A stretch of 64,000 bases of DNA from an uncultured bacterium (GTDB lineage: Bacteria > Bacillota_I > Bacilli_A > RFN20 > CAG-826), in the NCBI GenBank assembly GCA_949299395.1, contig CASGAB010000001.1:77194-141193 (forward strand), read 5' to 3'. The stretch's first letter is position 1. Each line of letters opens with the position of its first letter. Below the pieces are notes generated by a model, which was not told the origin of the DNA, made no database searches, and saw nothing but the letters and a program-made list of their open reading frames with translations. Both the position numbers and the translations under genes were made by a program. This document shows, piece after piece, positions 41,146 to 50,455 of this stretch.

Positions 41146-42276
41146 ATGAAAAAAATTAAATTATTATCTTTAGTTACAGTTGCAGTTTTAGGTGCATCAG
41201 CACTTGTTGCTTGTGGTCCTCAAGGCGGTGAAGAAGAATTAACAACTGTTAGAATCGGATTACACGAAAACTTTGGTGCCGGTGCTGGTTATAGTGCAAT
41301 CAACCAAGGTTTCTTTGAAGAAGAAGGCATTAAAGCTGAACCAATACTAGGTGGAGGACCTCAATTAGCTGCTTCAGTCGTTGAAGGTACAATCGACGTT
41401 TCATTCATGGGTAATGGTGTCGCTTGGAACTATTTCGGTGAAAACGAAGAAATCAAACTTATCGCTTTAGATAACTTAACAGACGACGATAGATTAATCG
41501 CTAGTAAAGCAGGTAAAGGTAAAGATTTAACAATCAATTCAACTTTAACTGAAATCGCTACAGCATTAAAAGGTTCAAAACTTGCATTCGATGCTACAAA
41601 AACTCCAGCTGCATTTTGGTCAAGCTTAGTCGCAGCTATGAATGGTGAATTAGTCGAAGGTCAAAAAGTCTGGTATGAAGGCCAAAACGGTGAAAAATTA
41701 CCTACAGGTTTAACGGATGCTGATTATGTTGCTGCTAACCAAGTTACAGTTATCAACACATCAGATGCTAACCTTACAACTTCAATGCAAAGTGGTGAAT
41801 ACGATTTCTGTATTTCATTTTCACCTGTTGCTACAACTCTTGAAAAAGATACAGAACATTTCACTGTTGTTGCCAAAACATCAACACATTTAGAAGCTGA
41901 TTCATATACTCCATCAACATGGGCAGTCAATGCTAAATGGTTAGCTAGCAATGAAGAAACATTCAAAAAATTCATGAGAGGTTTAGTTAAAGGTATGAAC
42001 TTCAGAAATGCTAACCCAGAAGAATGTACAAAAGACGTTGAAGCAGTTAGTGCTGGTAAAGTCTTAGCTTCATCATTAGATACAACAATTGCTCAATGGT
42101 TAAATGCTGAACAACAACTTGAAATCATCAACAATGGTGATGCATTAAAATATGTTGAAAATATTAGAAATTCACAATTAGCTGGTGATAACGCTGGTAA
42201 AGTTTCTGATAAAGTTACAGCTGAAAAAGCAGCAGACTTCTCATACTTAAAAGAAGCTTGTGAAGCTTTAAAATAG
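41146..42276 (+). CDS. NitT/TauT (SsuA/TauA-like) substrate-binding lipoprotein
   Basis: Start at MKKIKLL behind AAGGAG; lipobox LVAC; GFFEEEG, GGPQ. Confidence 0.85.
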   Translation: MKKIKLLSLVTVAVLGASALVACGPQGGEEELTTVRIGLHENFGAGAGYSAINQGFFEEEGIKAEPILGGGPQLAASVVEGTIDVSFMGNGVAWNYFGENEEIKLIALDNLTDDDRLIASKAGKGKDLTINSTLTEIATALKGSKLAFDATKTPAAFWSSLVAAMNGELVEGQKVWYEGQNGEKLPTGLTDADYVAANQVTVINTSDANLTTSMQSGEYDFCISFSPVATTLEKDTEHFTVVAKTSTHLEADSYTPSTWAVNAKWLASNEETFKKFMRGLVKGMNFRNANPEECTKDVEAVSAGKVLASSLDTTIAQWLNAEQQLEIINNGDALKYVENIRNSQLAGDNAGKVSDKVTAEKAADFSYLKEACEALK

Positions 42277-42305
42277 TTAGTTAAATTAACTAAAAAAGTA
42301 TAAAA

Positions 42306-42331
42306 TAAGGAAGGCAAAACGCCTTCCTTTT
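42306..42331 (+). terminator. Terminator of the TIM-LarA-ABC operon
   Basis: AAGGAAGGC/GCCTTCCTT hairpin plus T-run. Confidence 0.75.
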
Positions 42332-42344
42332 AAAATAATTATTT

Positions 42345-42887
42345 ATGAAAAAATTATTAATTATATTACCATTTTTATTATCATTATCATTATCTTCATG
42401 TTCAACAAAAGAAAAAGAAAATGAAAAAGTTTTTAATAAAATTGTTGAAGAACAATCTTATGATGAAGTTTATGCTTTTTCAGTTGCTCCCTGTGTATTT
42501 AATAATCTAGCTCCTGAATCAGATCAATATAATTTTTATGCAGAGATATTTACTATTTATGGATCTATTGATAATGTCGATACATTCTATGTTTATGGTA
42601 TTGCTGAATGGGGCCCAATATTTGATCCTTATATTTATGAATGGCCATTAAATAGTAGTTATGATGATTGTTTAAGTTTATTTAAAGAAAATATGCCTGC
42701 TAAAAATTTTAATAAAACTAGAGAAGATAATATTTCTTTTATTACAAACGATGATTTGATTGATGTTTTATTTAATCAAAACGATATTACATTAGATGTT
42801 AATTTTGCACTTCAATGTGATAATAATAACTTCATTTATCAAAGTGATGGAAAGATAAATTATAAGTATATTGAATATAAAAAATAA
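42345..42887 (+). CDS. Hypothetical lipoprotein
   Basis: MKK, hydrophobic core, LSSC lipobox. Confidence 0.7.
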   Translation: MKKLLIILPFLLSLSLSSCSTKEKENEKVFNKIVEEQSYDEVYAFSVAPCVFNNLAPESDQYNFYAEIFTIYGSIDNVDTFYVYGIAEWGPIFDPYIYEWPLNSSYDDCLSLFKENMPAKNFNKTREDNISFITNDDLIDVLFNQNDITLDVNFALQCDNNNFIYQSDGKINYKYIEYKK

Positions 42888-42910
42888 CCGATATTAGTCG
42901 GTTATTTTTA
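42881..42910. terminator. Bidirectional terminator
   Basis: AAAATAACCGA/TCGGTTATTTT hairpin between convergent genes. Confidence 0.75.
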
Positions 42911-42931
42911 ATTATTAGATATAAATATTTA

Positions 42932-43807
42932 TTAACTAATTAATGGAGTACCCGCTAAATTTAAAGCACTAACAACAATAATATAAATATTAATTAAAAT
43001 AATTGCGACTGTTGTAGCCATATAAACAATTGCTACACCTTTATTAGTCATCTTTTTATTTAAATATGTTCCAATTAAAGAACCAATAATTGAAATAGGT
43101 ACTAAAATAACTAAGAAGATCCACCAAATACTATCTGGATTAGTATTTAAATTATCTAAATTAGTACTTAAATTAGAGAATATAGTTACAAATGTTCCAT
43201 CAAATGCAGCCATTACAAGTTTAGAAAGTTGAGAGAAGATAATTGTAATTAAAGATGATATTGCAGCTTGTTTCATATCCATTCCAAAGAAAAGAAGTAA
43301 AACAGCAACATTAATTGGACCACCACCAATTCCTAAAAATGTTGAACAAACACCTAAAAATAAACCAATTATTATAGTAATAATAAAGTTTTTAACGTGT
43401 AATACTTTACCTTTTGGTAAAAAGATTTGTTGATAAATAATAACAAATAATAAAAGTGCAATTAATATACCTGATTGAATAATTTTTAAAACATCAGCAT
43501 TAGAAGAAGCTTTAACAAAAGAGAATAAGAATTGACCTAAGATTCCTCCAATTACTGCTCCAATACCTAAGAATACTGCTGTTTTCCAATTTTCAATTTT
43601 AGTTTTACTTGTGATATGTCTAATAATTGAAGTAGAGGTTCCAAAAACAACACAGAAAGTAGAAATCATATTAGTTATTTCAACAGCGTTGAAATAACCA
43701 AAAGCATCTAAAACTGGACGGATAATAACTCCTCCTCCAATTCCAGCAATTGCTCCTACAATACTAGCAATAATTACAACTAGTGGGAAAATAAATAAAT
43801 AAATCAT
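42932..43807 (-). CDS. TauE/SafE-family (sulfite/organosulfonate) exporter
   Basis: Duplicated GIGGG motifs (GAIAGIGGGVII, FLGIGGGPIN), about 8 TM helices. Confidence 0.88.
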   Translation of the reverse strand: MIYLFIFPLVVIIASIVGAIAGIGGGVIIRPVLDAFGYFNAVEITNMISTFCVVFGTSTSIIRHITSKTKIENWKTAVFLGIGAVIGGILGQFLFSFVKASSNADVLKIIQSGILIALLLFVIIYQQIFLPKGKVLHVKNFIITIIIGLFLGVCSTFLGIGGGPINVAVLLLFFGMDMKQAAISSLITIIFSQLSKLVMAAFDGTFVTIFSNLSTNLDNLNTNPDSIWWIFLVILVPISIIGSLIGTYLNKKMTNKGVAIVYMATTVAIILINIYIIVVSALNLAGTPLIS

Positions 43808-43904
43808 AATAAAGTTATAATACTCTTAATGAAAGTAAAATTAAAGTTGTTATTATTTATTCTATAAATAATAACTGTTATATATACTTACTAATTTAGT
43901 TACT

Positions 43905-43938
43905 ATTCTTTCGTTTTTAATTGCTAAAACGAAAGAAT
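43905..43938. promoter_or_regulatory. Candidate DeoR/AgaR-type operator
   Basis: Perfect 13-bp inverted repeat ATTCTTTCGTTTT-N8-AAAACGAAAGAAT between divergent tauE and deoR. Confidence 0.55.
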
Positions 43939-43976
43939 TTTCTTATTATTTAGTTAATTAATAGAAGGTATAGCTT

Positions 43977-44729
43977 ATGAAAATTAATAAAAGACAAAGT
44001 GAAATAGTCGAAATTGTCGATAATAAAAAGAGTGTTACTGTTACTGAATTAAGTAATATTTTAAATGTTAGTGAAGTTACTATTAGAAAAGATTTAGATC
44101 TTTTAAGTGACTATGGAATTTTAATTAGAAGACATGGTTATGCCCTTAAAAAGAATAGTGCTGATATCACTAACCGACTTTCTATTAATTATGAGAAAAA
44201 ATGTAAAATTGCTAAAAAAGCAGCTTCTTTAATTGATGTAAATGAAACTATTTTAATTGGAAGCGGCTCAACCTGTGCTCTTTTAGCTGAAGAAATTGTT
44301 AAAAGTAAACCTGGAGTAACAATTATTACTCATTCAATTTATATTGCTGAACATGCTTCTAAATTAGGAAATAATAAAATTATTCTTTTAGGTGGAGAAT
44401 ATCAAAATGATGCTCAAGTTTTAGTTGGTCCACTTGTTAGAAGTAGTGTAAGACAATTCTTTGTTGATAAGATTTTTATTGGAACTGATGGATTTTTAAA
44501 AAATGTTGGCTTTATGGGAAGTGATTTTTCGCGTAGTGAAGCTATTAAAAATATGGCTGAATCAGCAAAAAATATAATTATTGTTACTGATTCATCTAAA
44601 TTTAATAAAAGAGGACTGTTAGTACAATTTACTCAGTCCCAAATTAGTCGAATTGTTACCGATAGTGATTTAGAAGAAGATTATAAAGAATTCTTTAAAA
44701 ACTACGGTATTCAAGTTGATTATGTATAA
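43977..44729 (+). CDS. DeoR/GlpR-family transcriptional regulator
   Basis: VSEVTIRKDL HTH, GSGST, LLGG, DSSKF. Confidence 0.93.
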   Translation: MKINKRQSEIVEIVDNKKSVTVTELSNILNVSEVTIRKDLDLLSDYGILIRRHGYALKKNSADITNRLSINYEKKCKIAKKAASLIDVNETILIGSGSTCALLAEEIVKSKPGVTIITHSIYIAEHASKLGNNKIILLGGEYQNDAQVLVGPLVRSSVRQFFVDKIFIGTDGFLKNVGFMGSDFSRSEAIKNMAESAKNIIIVTDSSKFNKRGLLVQFTQSQISRIVTDSDLEEDYKEFFKNYGIQVDYV

Positions 44730-44745
44730 AAATTAATTAATTTAA

Positions 44746-45597
44746 TTAATTTATACGAGTAAAAGTGAAGGAATAATTAAATTCCTTTTCTTTTTTAACA
44801 ACATTTATATATTTAATATCTGAAATATGATGTAAGTCGTTAGTATAATTTGAAATTCCCCACCAAGGTTCAACGCAAACAAAGTTTCCTTTATTTGGGT
44901 TTGACCAAACTGCTAAAAATAAAGCGTTAGTAAAATCATAAGTTACGTTATAACCAAAACCATTATCTAAAGTGATTTTTTTATAATTATTTTTCATAAC
45001 GATGGTGTCATATTCTTTAAATAAGTCTTTTGTTAAGACTAATTCATTAGTTTGAAGATCTAAAAATTGATTTAAATCGATTAAACCATTCTCTTTTATT
45101 AAAGGATTAATAACTAAATCACTATCAAAAGTAAGTTTTGAGACATTTTCTTTAGCTTTAAGGCCGGTATGAGAACCATATGCGAAATAAATTTCTTGTT
45201 CATCGTTATCACTAACTACTTTAGTATTAACTTTTAAAGTATAGTTTTCTAATGAATAAGTAATATAAATTGAAAAATGGAAAGGATATTCATCAAAAGA
45301 TTCTCTATTTGAATGGAATCCTAATGTAATTAAATCTTCCTTTTTATCAATTATTTCAAAATCGCTATTTCTTAAAAAACCATGTCTAGCTTTTAAATAA
45401 TAATCTCTATTTTCAAATTTAAATTCGCCTTTTCCAATTAAAGGGAAGATTTGAACATCTTTAAAAGGCCAAGAACCTTCTTCAACTTCATATAAAAGAT
45501 TAAAATTATCATTTTTTAGGTCCAATATTTCTTCTAATAAAGCGCCTTTTAAATTGATTGCAACACTTAAATTTTCATTTTTAATTATTTCATTCAT
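44746..45597 (-). CDS. Aldose 1-epimerase family (LacX-like)
   Basis: FPLIG, RHGFLR, YPFHF, GSH, FVCVEPWWG. Confidence 0.85.
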   Translation of the reverse strand: MNEIIKNENLSVAINLKGALLEEILDLKNDNFNLLYEVEEGSWPFKDVQIFPLIGKGEFKFENRDYYLKARHGFLRNSDFEIIDKKEDLITLGFHSNRESFDEYPFHFSIYITYSLENYTLKVNTKVVSDNDEQEIYFAYGSHTGLKAKENVSKLTFDSDLVINPLIKENGLIDLNQFLDLQTNELVLTKDLFKEYDTIVMKNNYKKITLDNGFGYNVTYDFTNALFLAVWSNPNKGNFVCVEPWWGISNYTNDLHHISDIKYINVVKKEKEFNYSFTFTRIN

Positions 45598-45705
45598 ATA
45601 TTTTCTCTCTTCCTAAAAATTATGTTAATTTTTAGATGTATTATTAATAAAAATTATAGCATAGTTATGGTATAATTTCTTTAACTTTAAAAAGGATTAA
45701 ACAAA

Positions 45706-46827
45706 ATGAAAAATTTCAAAAATATATTAGTCGTAAAAGAGGATAAAATTGAAAAAAGTGATGTTATTTTTAATGATTCTTTTATATCTACAACTAAGAA
45801 TAATGAAGAAGGTATTGATTATTCAAATAAAATCATGATTCCAGGTTTTTTTGATGTTCATACTCATGGTGCCGACGGACTTGATTTTTCAACTGTAAAA
45901 AGCGTTGAAGAAATTGAAAAAATCTTATCTTTTTATAGTAAAAAAGGTGTTACAAGTGTTTTCCCAACTCTTTTAACAGAACATAATGAAGTAGTTTTTA
46001 ATCAACTTGAATTAATATATGAAGCTAGTAAAACCAACCCAATTATTAAAGGAATTCATGTTGAAGGACCTTTCCTTTCTTTAGAATATAAGGGTGCTCA
46101 ACTTGAAGAATGTATTCAAGTTCCAAATAAGGAATTAGTTGATAAATATATCGAACATTCTCATGGTTTATTTAAATATATGACAATTGCTCCTGAAAGA
46201 GAAAATGCTTGTGAAATTATTAAATATTTAGTTTCAAAAGGTATTACAGTTTCAATGGGTCACTCTAGTGCAACATTTGATGAAACAAAAGCTGCTTATG
46301 AAGCTGGAGCTAGAAACATTACTCACTGTTTAAATGCAATGAAAGGAATTCATCAACATTTCCCTTCAATTGCAACCGCTGCTTTATATATTGATGATTT
46401 ATATAATGAAGTAATTTTAGATGGAATCCATGTTCATCCAGAAATGGTCGAATGGATTAGAAAATTAAAAGGAAATGATAAAGTTGTTGGAGTTACTGAT
46501 TCACTTATGTGTGCTGGACTTCCAGATGGTGAATATATGATTGGAAATTCTCCAATTATTGTTAAAGATAGTGATGCTAAACTTAAAGATAGCGGAGTTA
46601 GAGCAGGAAGCTGCTTAACTATGGATAAAGCATTTAGAAATATTAAAAAGTTTAGTAATCTTGACGATATCGATGCTACAAAAATTACTTCTTTAAATGC
46701 AGCAAGATTAACTCATTTAGATGATAAAATTGGTTCAATTAAAGAAGGTAAAAATGCCGATTTTATAGTTTTAAATAAAAATTATGAAATTGAAGAAGTA
46801 TATATCAATGGAAAGAAGGTTTGTTAA
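45706..46827 (+). CDS. nagA: N-acetylhexosamine-6-phosphate deacetylase
   Basis: PGFFDVHTHG, HVEGPF, GHS, TH.LNAM, DGIH, VTD, AGS. Confidence 0.9.
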   Translation: MKNFKNILVVKEDKIEKSDVIFNDSFISTTKNNEEGIDYSNKIMIPGFFDVHTHGADGLDFSTVKSVEEIEKILSFYSKKGVTSVFPTLLTEHNEVVFNQLELIYEASKTNPIIKGIHVEGPFLSLEYKGAQLEECIQVPNKELVDKYIEHSHGLFKYMTIAPERENACEIIKYLVSKGITVSMGHSSATFDETKAAYEAGARNITHCLNAMKGIHQHFPSIATAALYIDDLYNEVILDGIHVHPEMVEWIRKLKGNDKVVGVTDSLMCAGLPDGEYMIGNSPIIVKDSDAKLKDSGVRAGSCLTMDKAFRNIKKFSNLDDIDATKITSLNAARLTHLDDKIGSIKEGKNADFIVLNKNYEIEEVYINGKKVC

Positions 46828-46829
46828 TT

Positions 46830-47999
46830 ATGGAAAAGAATTTAATTATTGCTCATGGTGGTGCTCCTACCGCAGTTATTAATGCTTCTCTTTATGGGGC
46901 ATTAAAAAAATTAAAAAAAGAAGGCTTTAAAGGAAGAGTTTATGCTCCAAAATACGGTAGTGATGGACTTTTTAATGAAGAATTCAATGATTTAACAGAT
47001 CTCACAGATGAAGAATTAGAAATTTTAAAAGACACTCCTGGAAGTGCGATTGGTTCATCTCGTTTCCCTTTATATGAAAAAGAATATGAGAAAATTATCG
47101 ATATTTTAATTAAATATAATATCGGCTATGTTCTTTTTACTGGAGGAAATGGAACAATGGATACAATTGGAAATATCTATAAATATGGTTTAAAAAGAGG
47201 AGTTGAACTTACTTGTGTAGGTATTCCTAAAACTATTGATAATGATATCGGTGTTACAGACCATGCACCTGGATTTGCTTCTTGTGCTAATTACATTGCT
47301 CAAACGGTTAGTGATTGTGCTCAAGATGTTAAAGGTCTTCCAATTCATGTTTCAGTTATTGAAGTTATGGGAAGAAATGCTGGGTGGCTTGCTGCAAGTA
47401 GTGCTTTAGCTAGAAAGAAAAAGGGTGATGCACCACATTTAATTTATTTCCCAGAAGTTCCTTTTGATGAAGATGAATTTATTGAAGATGTTAAAAAAGA
47501 ACGGGAAAAACATCATGGAGTTGTTGTTGTTTGTAGTGAAGGATTAAAAGATAAAAACGGAAATCCAATTGTTAAGCCTATTTTTAAAACTGAAAGAGCA
47601 ACTTACTTCGGAGATGTTTCAACTCATTTAGCAACACTTGTTATTGAAAAACTTGGTATTAAAGCAAGAAGTGAAAAACCTGGGTTAATTTGTAGATGCT
47701 CATCTTCTTTAGTTTCAAAAGTTGATAAAGAAGAAGCAATTTTAATGGGAGAAGTTGCAATTGATGCAGCTTTAAAACATATTAATGGAGTTATGGCTGG
47801 TATTAAAAGAGTTTCTACTAAACCATATAAAATTGAACCTATTTTAATTCCTATTGAACAAGTTATGATGGATGAAAGAGTTTTCCCTCTTGAATATATT
47901 AAAGATAAGCACGATGTTAGCGATGAATTTATTGAATGGTGTAAACCATTAGTTGATGAAGTCAATCCTGTTATTACTTTCTTAGATAAAGATAAATAG
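46830..47999 (+). CDS. PfkA-family phosphofructokinase (GGNG/PKTIDND type)
   Basis: HGGAPT.VIN, GGNGT, PKTIDND, EVMGRNAGW, SEG; start ATG 46830; one CGG codon at 47502. Confidence 0.9.
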   Translation: MEKNLIIAHGGAPTAVINASLYGALKKLKKEGFKGRVYAPKYGSDGLFNEEFNDLTDLTDEELEILKDTPGSAIGSSRFPLYEKEYEKIIDILIKYNIGYVLFTGGNGTMDTIGNIYKYGLKRGVELTCVGIPKTIDNDIGVTDHAPGFASCANYIAQTVSDCAQDVKGLPIHVSVIEVMGRNAGWLAASSALARKKKGDAPHLIYFPEVPFDEDEFIEDVKKEREKHHGVVVVCSEGLKDKNGNPIVKPIFKTERATYFGDVSTHLATLVIEKLGIKARSEKPGLICRCSSSLVSKVDKEEAILMGEVAIDAALKHINGVMAGIKRVSTKPYKIEPILIPIEQVMMDERVFPLEYIKDKHDVSDEFIEWCKPLVDEVNPVITFLDKDK

Positions 48000-48022
48000 A
48001 AATTTAAATAAAAATATTAATA

Positions 48023-48060
48023 AAAAATACTCTATGCTAAGGGCTGCATAGAGTATTTTG
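48023..48060. terminator. Bidirectional terminator
   Basis: AAAATACTCTATGC/GCATAGAGTATTTT hairpin between pfk and the aldolase. Confidence 0.8.
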
Positions 48061-48090
48061 CTTTTTAATTATTATCGACAATTATCGAGA

Positions 48091-49188
48091 TTATTTAATA
48101 TAAGGAGCATCTCCAACAGAACCGAATTCAACATTTGCTGTTAAAACGATTTCTTTAACTGCTTTTTCCATTAATGGAACGATTGCTTTAAGTTCATCAT
48201 TGAAGTTTTTATTTGTTTCAAGTTCGTTAATATATTCTTTTAAATAATATCTATATTCAAATGAATCTGGTTTTTCTTTTAAAAGTTTATAAACCTTACT
48301 TCCTTCTTGTCTTGATTTATCTGCTTCATAATATTCAAGTAAATTTCTTGTTGTAGCAAGTCTAATATCAGTATCCATATTGATTTTTGAAACGCCACTA
48401 GGAATAACTTCTTTTAATTGTTCAAGAGGAATGCCATGTCCTTTAACTTGACCACCTAAAGCATTGATTTCATCGACAATATATTGAGGTACTAAACTTG
48501 AACCGTGGCTAACGATAGTTCCTTCAATATTATTATGTTGCATATTTTCCATAGTTGCGATAACGATTTCTTTTCTTAATTGGACATTATCACCTTTAAC
48601 AGCACCGTGTTTTGTACCATAAGAAATAGCTAAACTATCACAACCGGTTCTTTTAAAGAAATCGATTGCAGTTAATGGGTTAGTATAAGTCGAACTAGCA
48701 GCGAAAACATGATCTTCAACACCAGCTAAAACACCTAATTCACCTTCAACTTGGACACCTCTTTTATGAGCATAATTAACAACTTTTTTAGTTAATTTAA
48801 CATTTTCTTCATAATCTAATGCTGATCCATCAATCATAACGCTATTAAATCCTGCATCGATAACTAATTTACATGATTCAAAACTTCTACCATGGTCTAA
48901 ATGTAATGAAACAGGAATTGATGATTTTTCTGCTAAAGCTTTAACGTATTTTGCAATTCTTTTAGCACCTAATTTTTTATCTTCCATTGTTCCATTTAAA
49001 AAATCTGCTCTTCCACCAATAAATGCTAAACCTGGTTCAGCAACTTGTATGATTGCAGCACAACGTAATTCTTCACAAGCTTCGATTATTGCTTTTGCTT
49101 GACATAATGCATTGACATTAAATGCTCCATGAGCAATTTTATGATCTCTTGCATAAGTTAAAATTTGTTTTGATGATATATATGGCAT
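48091..49188 (-). CDS. Class II fructose/tagatose-bisphosphate aldolase
   Basis: GAFNV, HLDH, VMIDGS, EGELG, GTKHG, SHG, KINMDTD; start at MPYIS behind AAGGAG. Confidence 0.9.
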   Translation of the reverse strand: MPYISSKQILTYARDHKIAHGAFNVNALCQAKAIIEACEELRCAAIIQVAEPGLAFIGGRADFLNGTMEDKKLGAKRIAKYVKALAEKSSIPVSLHLDHGRSFESCKLVIDAGFNSVMIDGSALDYEENVKLTKKVVNYAHKRGVQVEGELGVLAGVEDHVFAASSTYTNPLTAIDFFKRTGCDSLAISYGTKHGAVKGDNVQLRKEIVIATMENMQHNNIEGTIVSHGSSLVPQYIVDEINALGGQVKGHGIPLEQLKEVIPSGVSKINMDTDIRLATTRNLLEYYEADKSRQEGSKVYKLLKEKPDSFEYRYYLKEYINELETNKNFNDELKAIVPLMEKAVKEIVLTANVEFGSVGDAPYIK

Positions 49189-49394
49189 TTTTATATCTCC
49201 TTTTTTTAATTCTTTCATATTCGTTTCGTTATTGCTATTAAAAAACTTCGAATATTATCGCTTTTTTATGTGTTTTCTTTCGTATAAAAGTTTAAAACAT
49301 TTTATTTGAAAAACGAAACGAAAGTTTAATTAACTATTTAAGATATTTTCTTTTTTATATAAAATATAAAAAAGGAAAATACGAGGTTTTTATA

Positions 49395-50345
49395 ATGGGA
49401 AAAGTATATATTGGCGTTGATGTTGGTGGAATGTCTATTAAAGCAGGTGTAGTTAATATTAATGGTGAAATTTTATTTAAAAAAAGCTGTGTTACTGACG
49501 GGCAAAACGTTGATCAATTTTTAAAAGATACTAAAACTTTATTAGAAGAAGTTGTTAATGAAGCAAAAGAAAAAGATTTAGACCCTCAAGGAATTGGCTT
49601 TGGAATTCCTGGAATGGTTGATAATAACTTAGGAATTATCAATAAAATGGCTAATATTGGTGGAAGAGATGTTCCTTTAAAATATTATTTAAAAGATTTA
49701 AATCTTCCAATTTATTTATCAAATGATGCTAATGTTGCTGCTTTAGCTGAACAAAAATTTGGTGTTGCTAAAGGTATGAAACATGTCATTTTACTTACTT
49801 TAGGAACAGGAGTAGGTGGCGGAGTTATTGTTAATAATCAACTTTATGAAGGCAATCAAGGAAAAGGCGCAGAACTTGGCCATACTTGTTTAATTTTAAA
49901 TGGAAGACAATGTGGATGTGGAAGAAAAGGTTGTTTAGAAACTTATGCATCAGCTAGTGCTCTATTAAGATTAACTCGCGAATATATGGAAAAATATAAA
50001 GATTCAATGATGTGGGAATATTGCAACAACGATATTAATAATGTTAGTGGTCTTACTTCATTTGAATGTGCTAAAAAAGGTGATGAAGCTGCTAATAAAC
50101 TTATCGATGAATACATTATGTATTTAGGAGAAGGTTTACTTGATTTTGCTAATATTTTCCGTCCAGAAGCATTTGTTATTGGAGGAGGAATCTCTAATCA
50201 AGGTGAATATTTGACTAATAAGTTAGAAGAATATTTAAGAAAACAAAATTATGGTTATGAAGGCGCTCCTGAAAGTAAAGTTTTAATCGCTAAACTTAAA
50301 AATGATGCTGGAATTATTGGAGCAGCTTCCTTATTGATGGAATAG
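49395..50345 (+). CDS. ROK-family sugar kinase
   Basis: GVDVGG, NDAN, TLGTGVGGG, ELGH, CGCGRKGCLE. Confidence 0.92.
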   Translation: MGKVYIGVDVGGMSIKAGVVNINGEILFKKSCVTDGQNVDQFLKDTKTLLEEVVNEAKEKDLDPQGIGFGIPGMVDNNLGIINKMANIGGRDVPLKYYLKDLNLPIYLSNDANVAALAEQKFGVAKGMKHVILLTLGTGVGGGVIVNNQLYEGNQGKGAELGHTCLILNGRQCGCGRKGCLETYASASALLRLTREYMEKYKDSMMWEYCNNDINNVSGLTSFECAKKGDEAANKLIDEYIMYLGEGLLDFANIFRPEAFVIGGGISNQGEYLTNKLEEYLRKQNYGYEGAPESKVLIAKLKNDAGIIGAASLLME

Positions 50346-50455
50346 CCTATTTCTAATAGCAATTTAATATTAAAAAATATAAAATAATTTAGTTAATAAA
50401 GAATATTTATAATAAAAAATTATAAATATTTTTTAATAAAAAAGGTTTGTAATAT

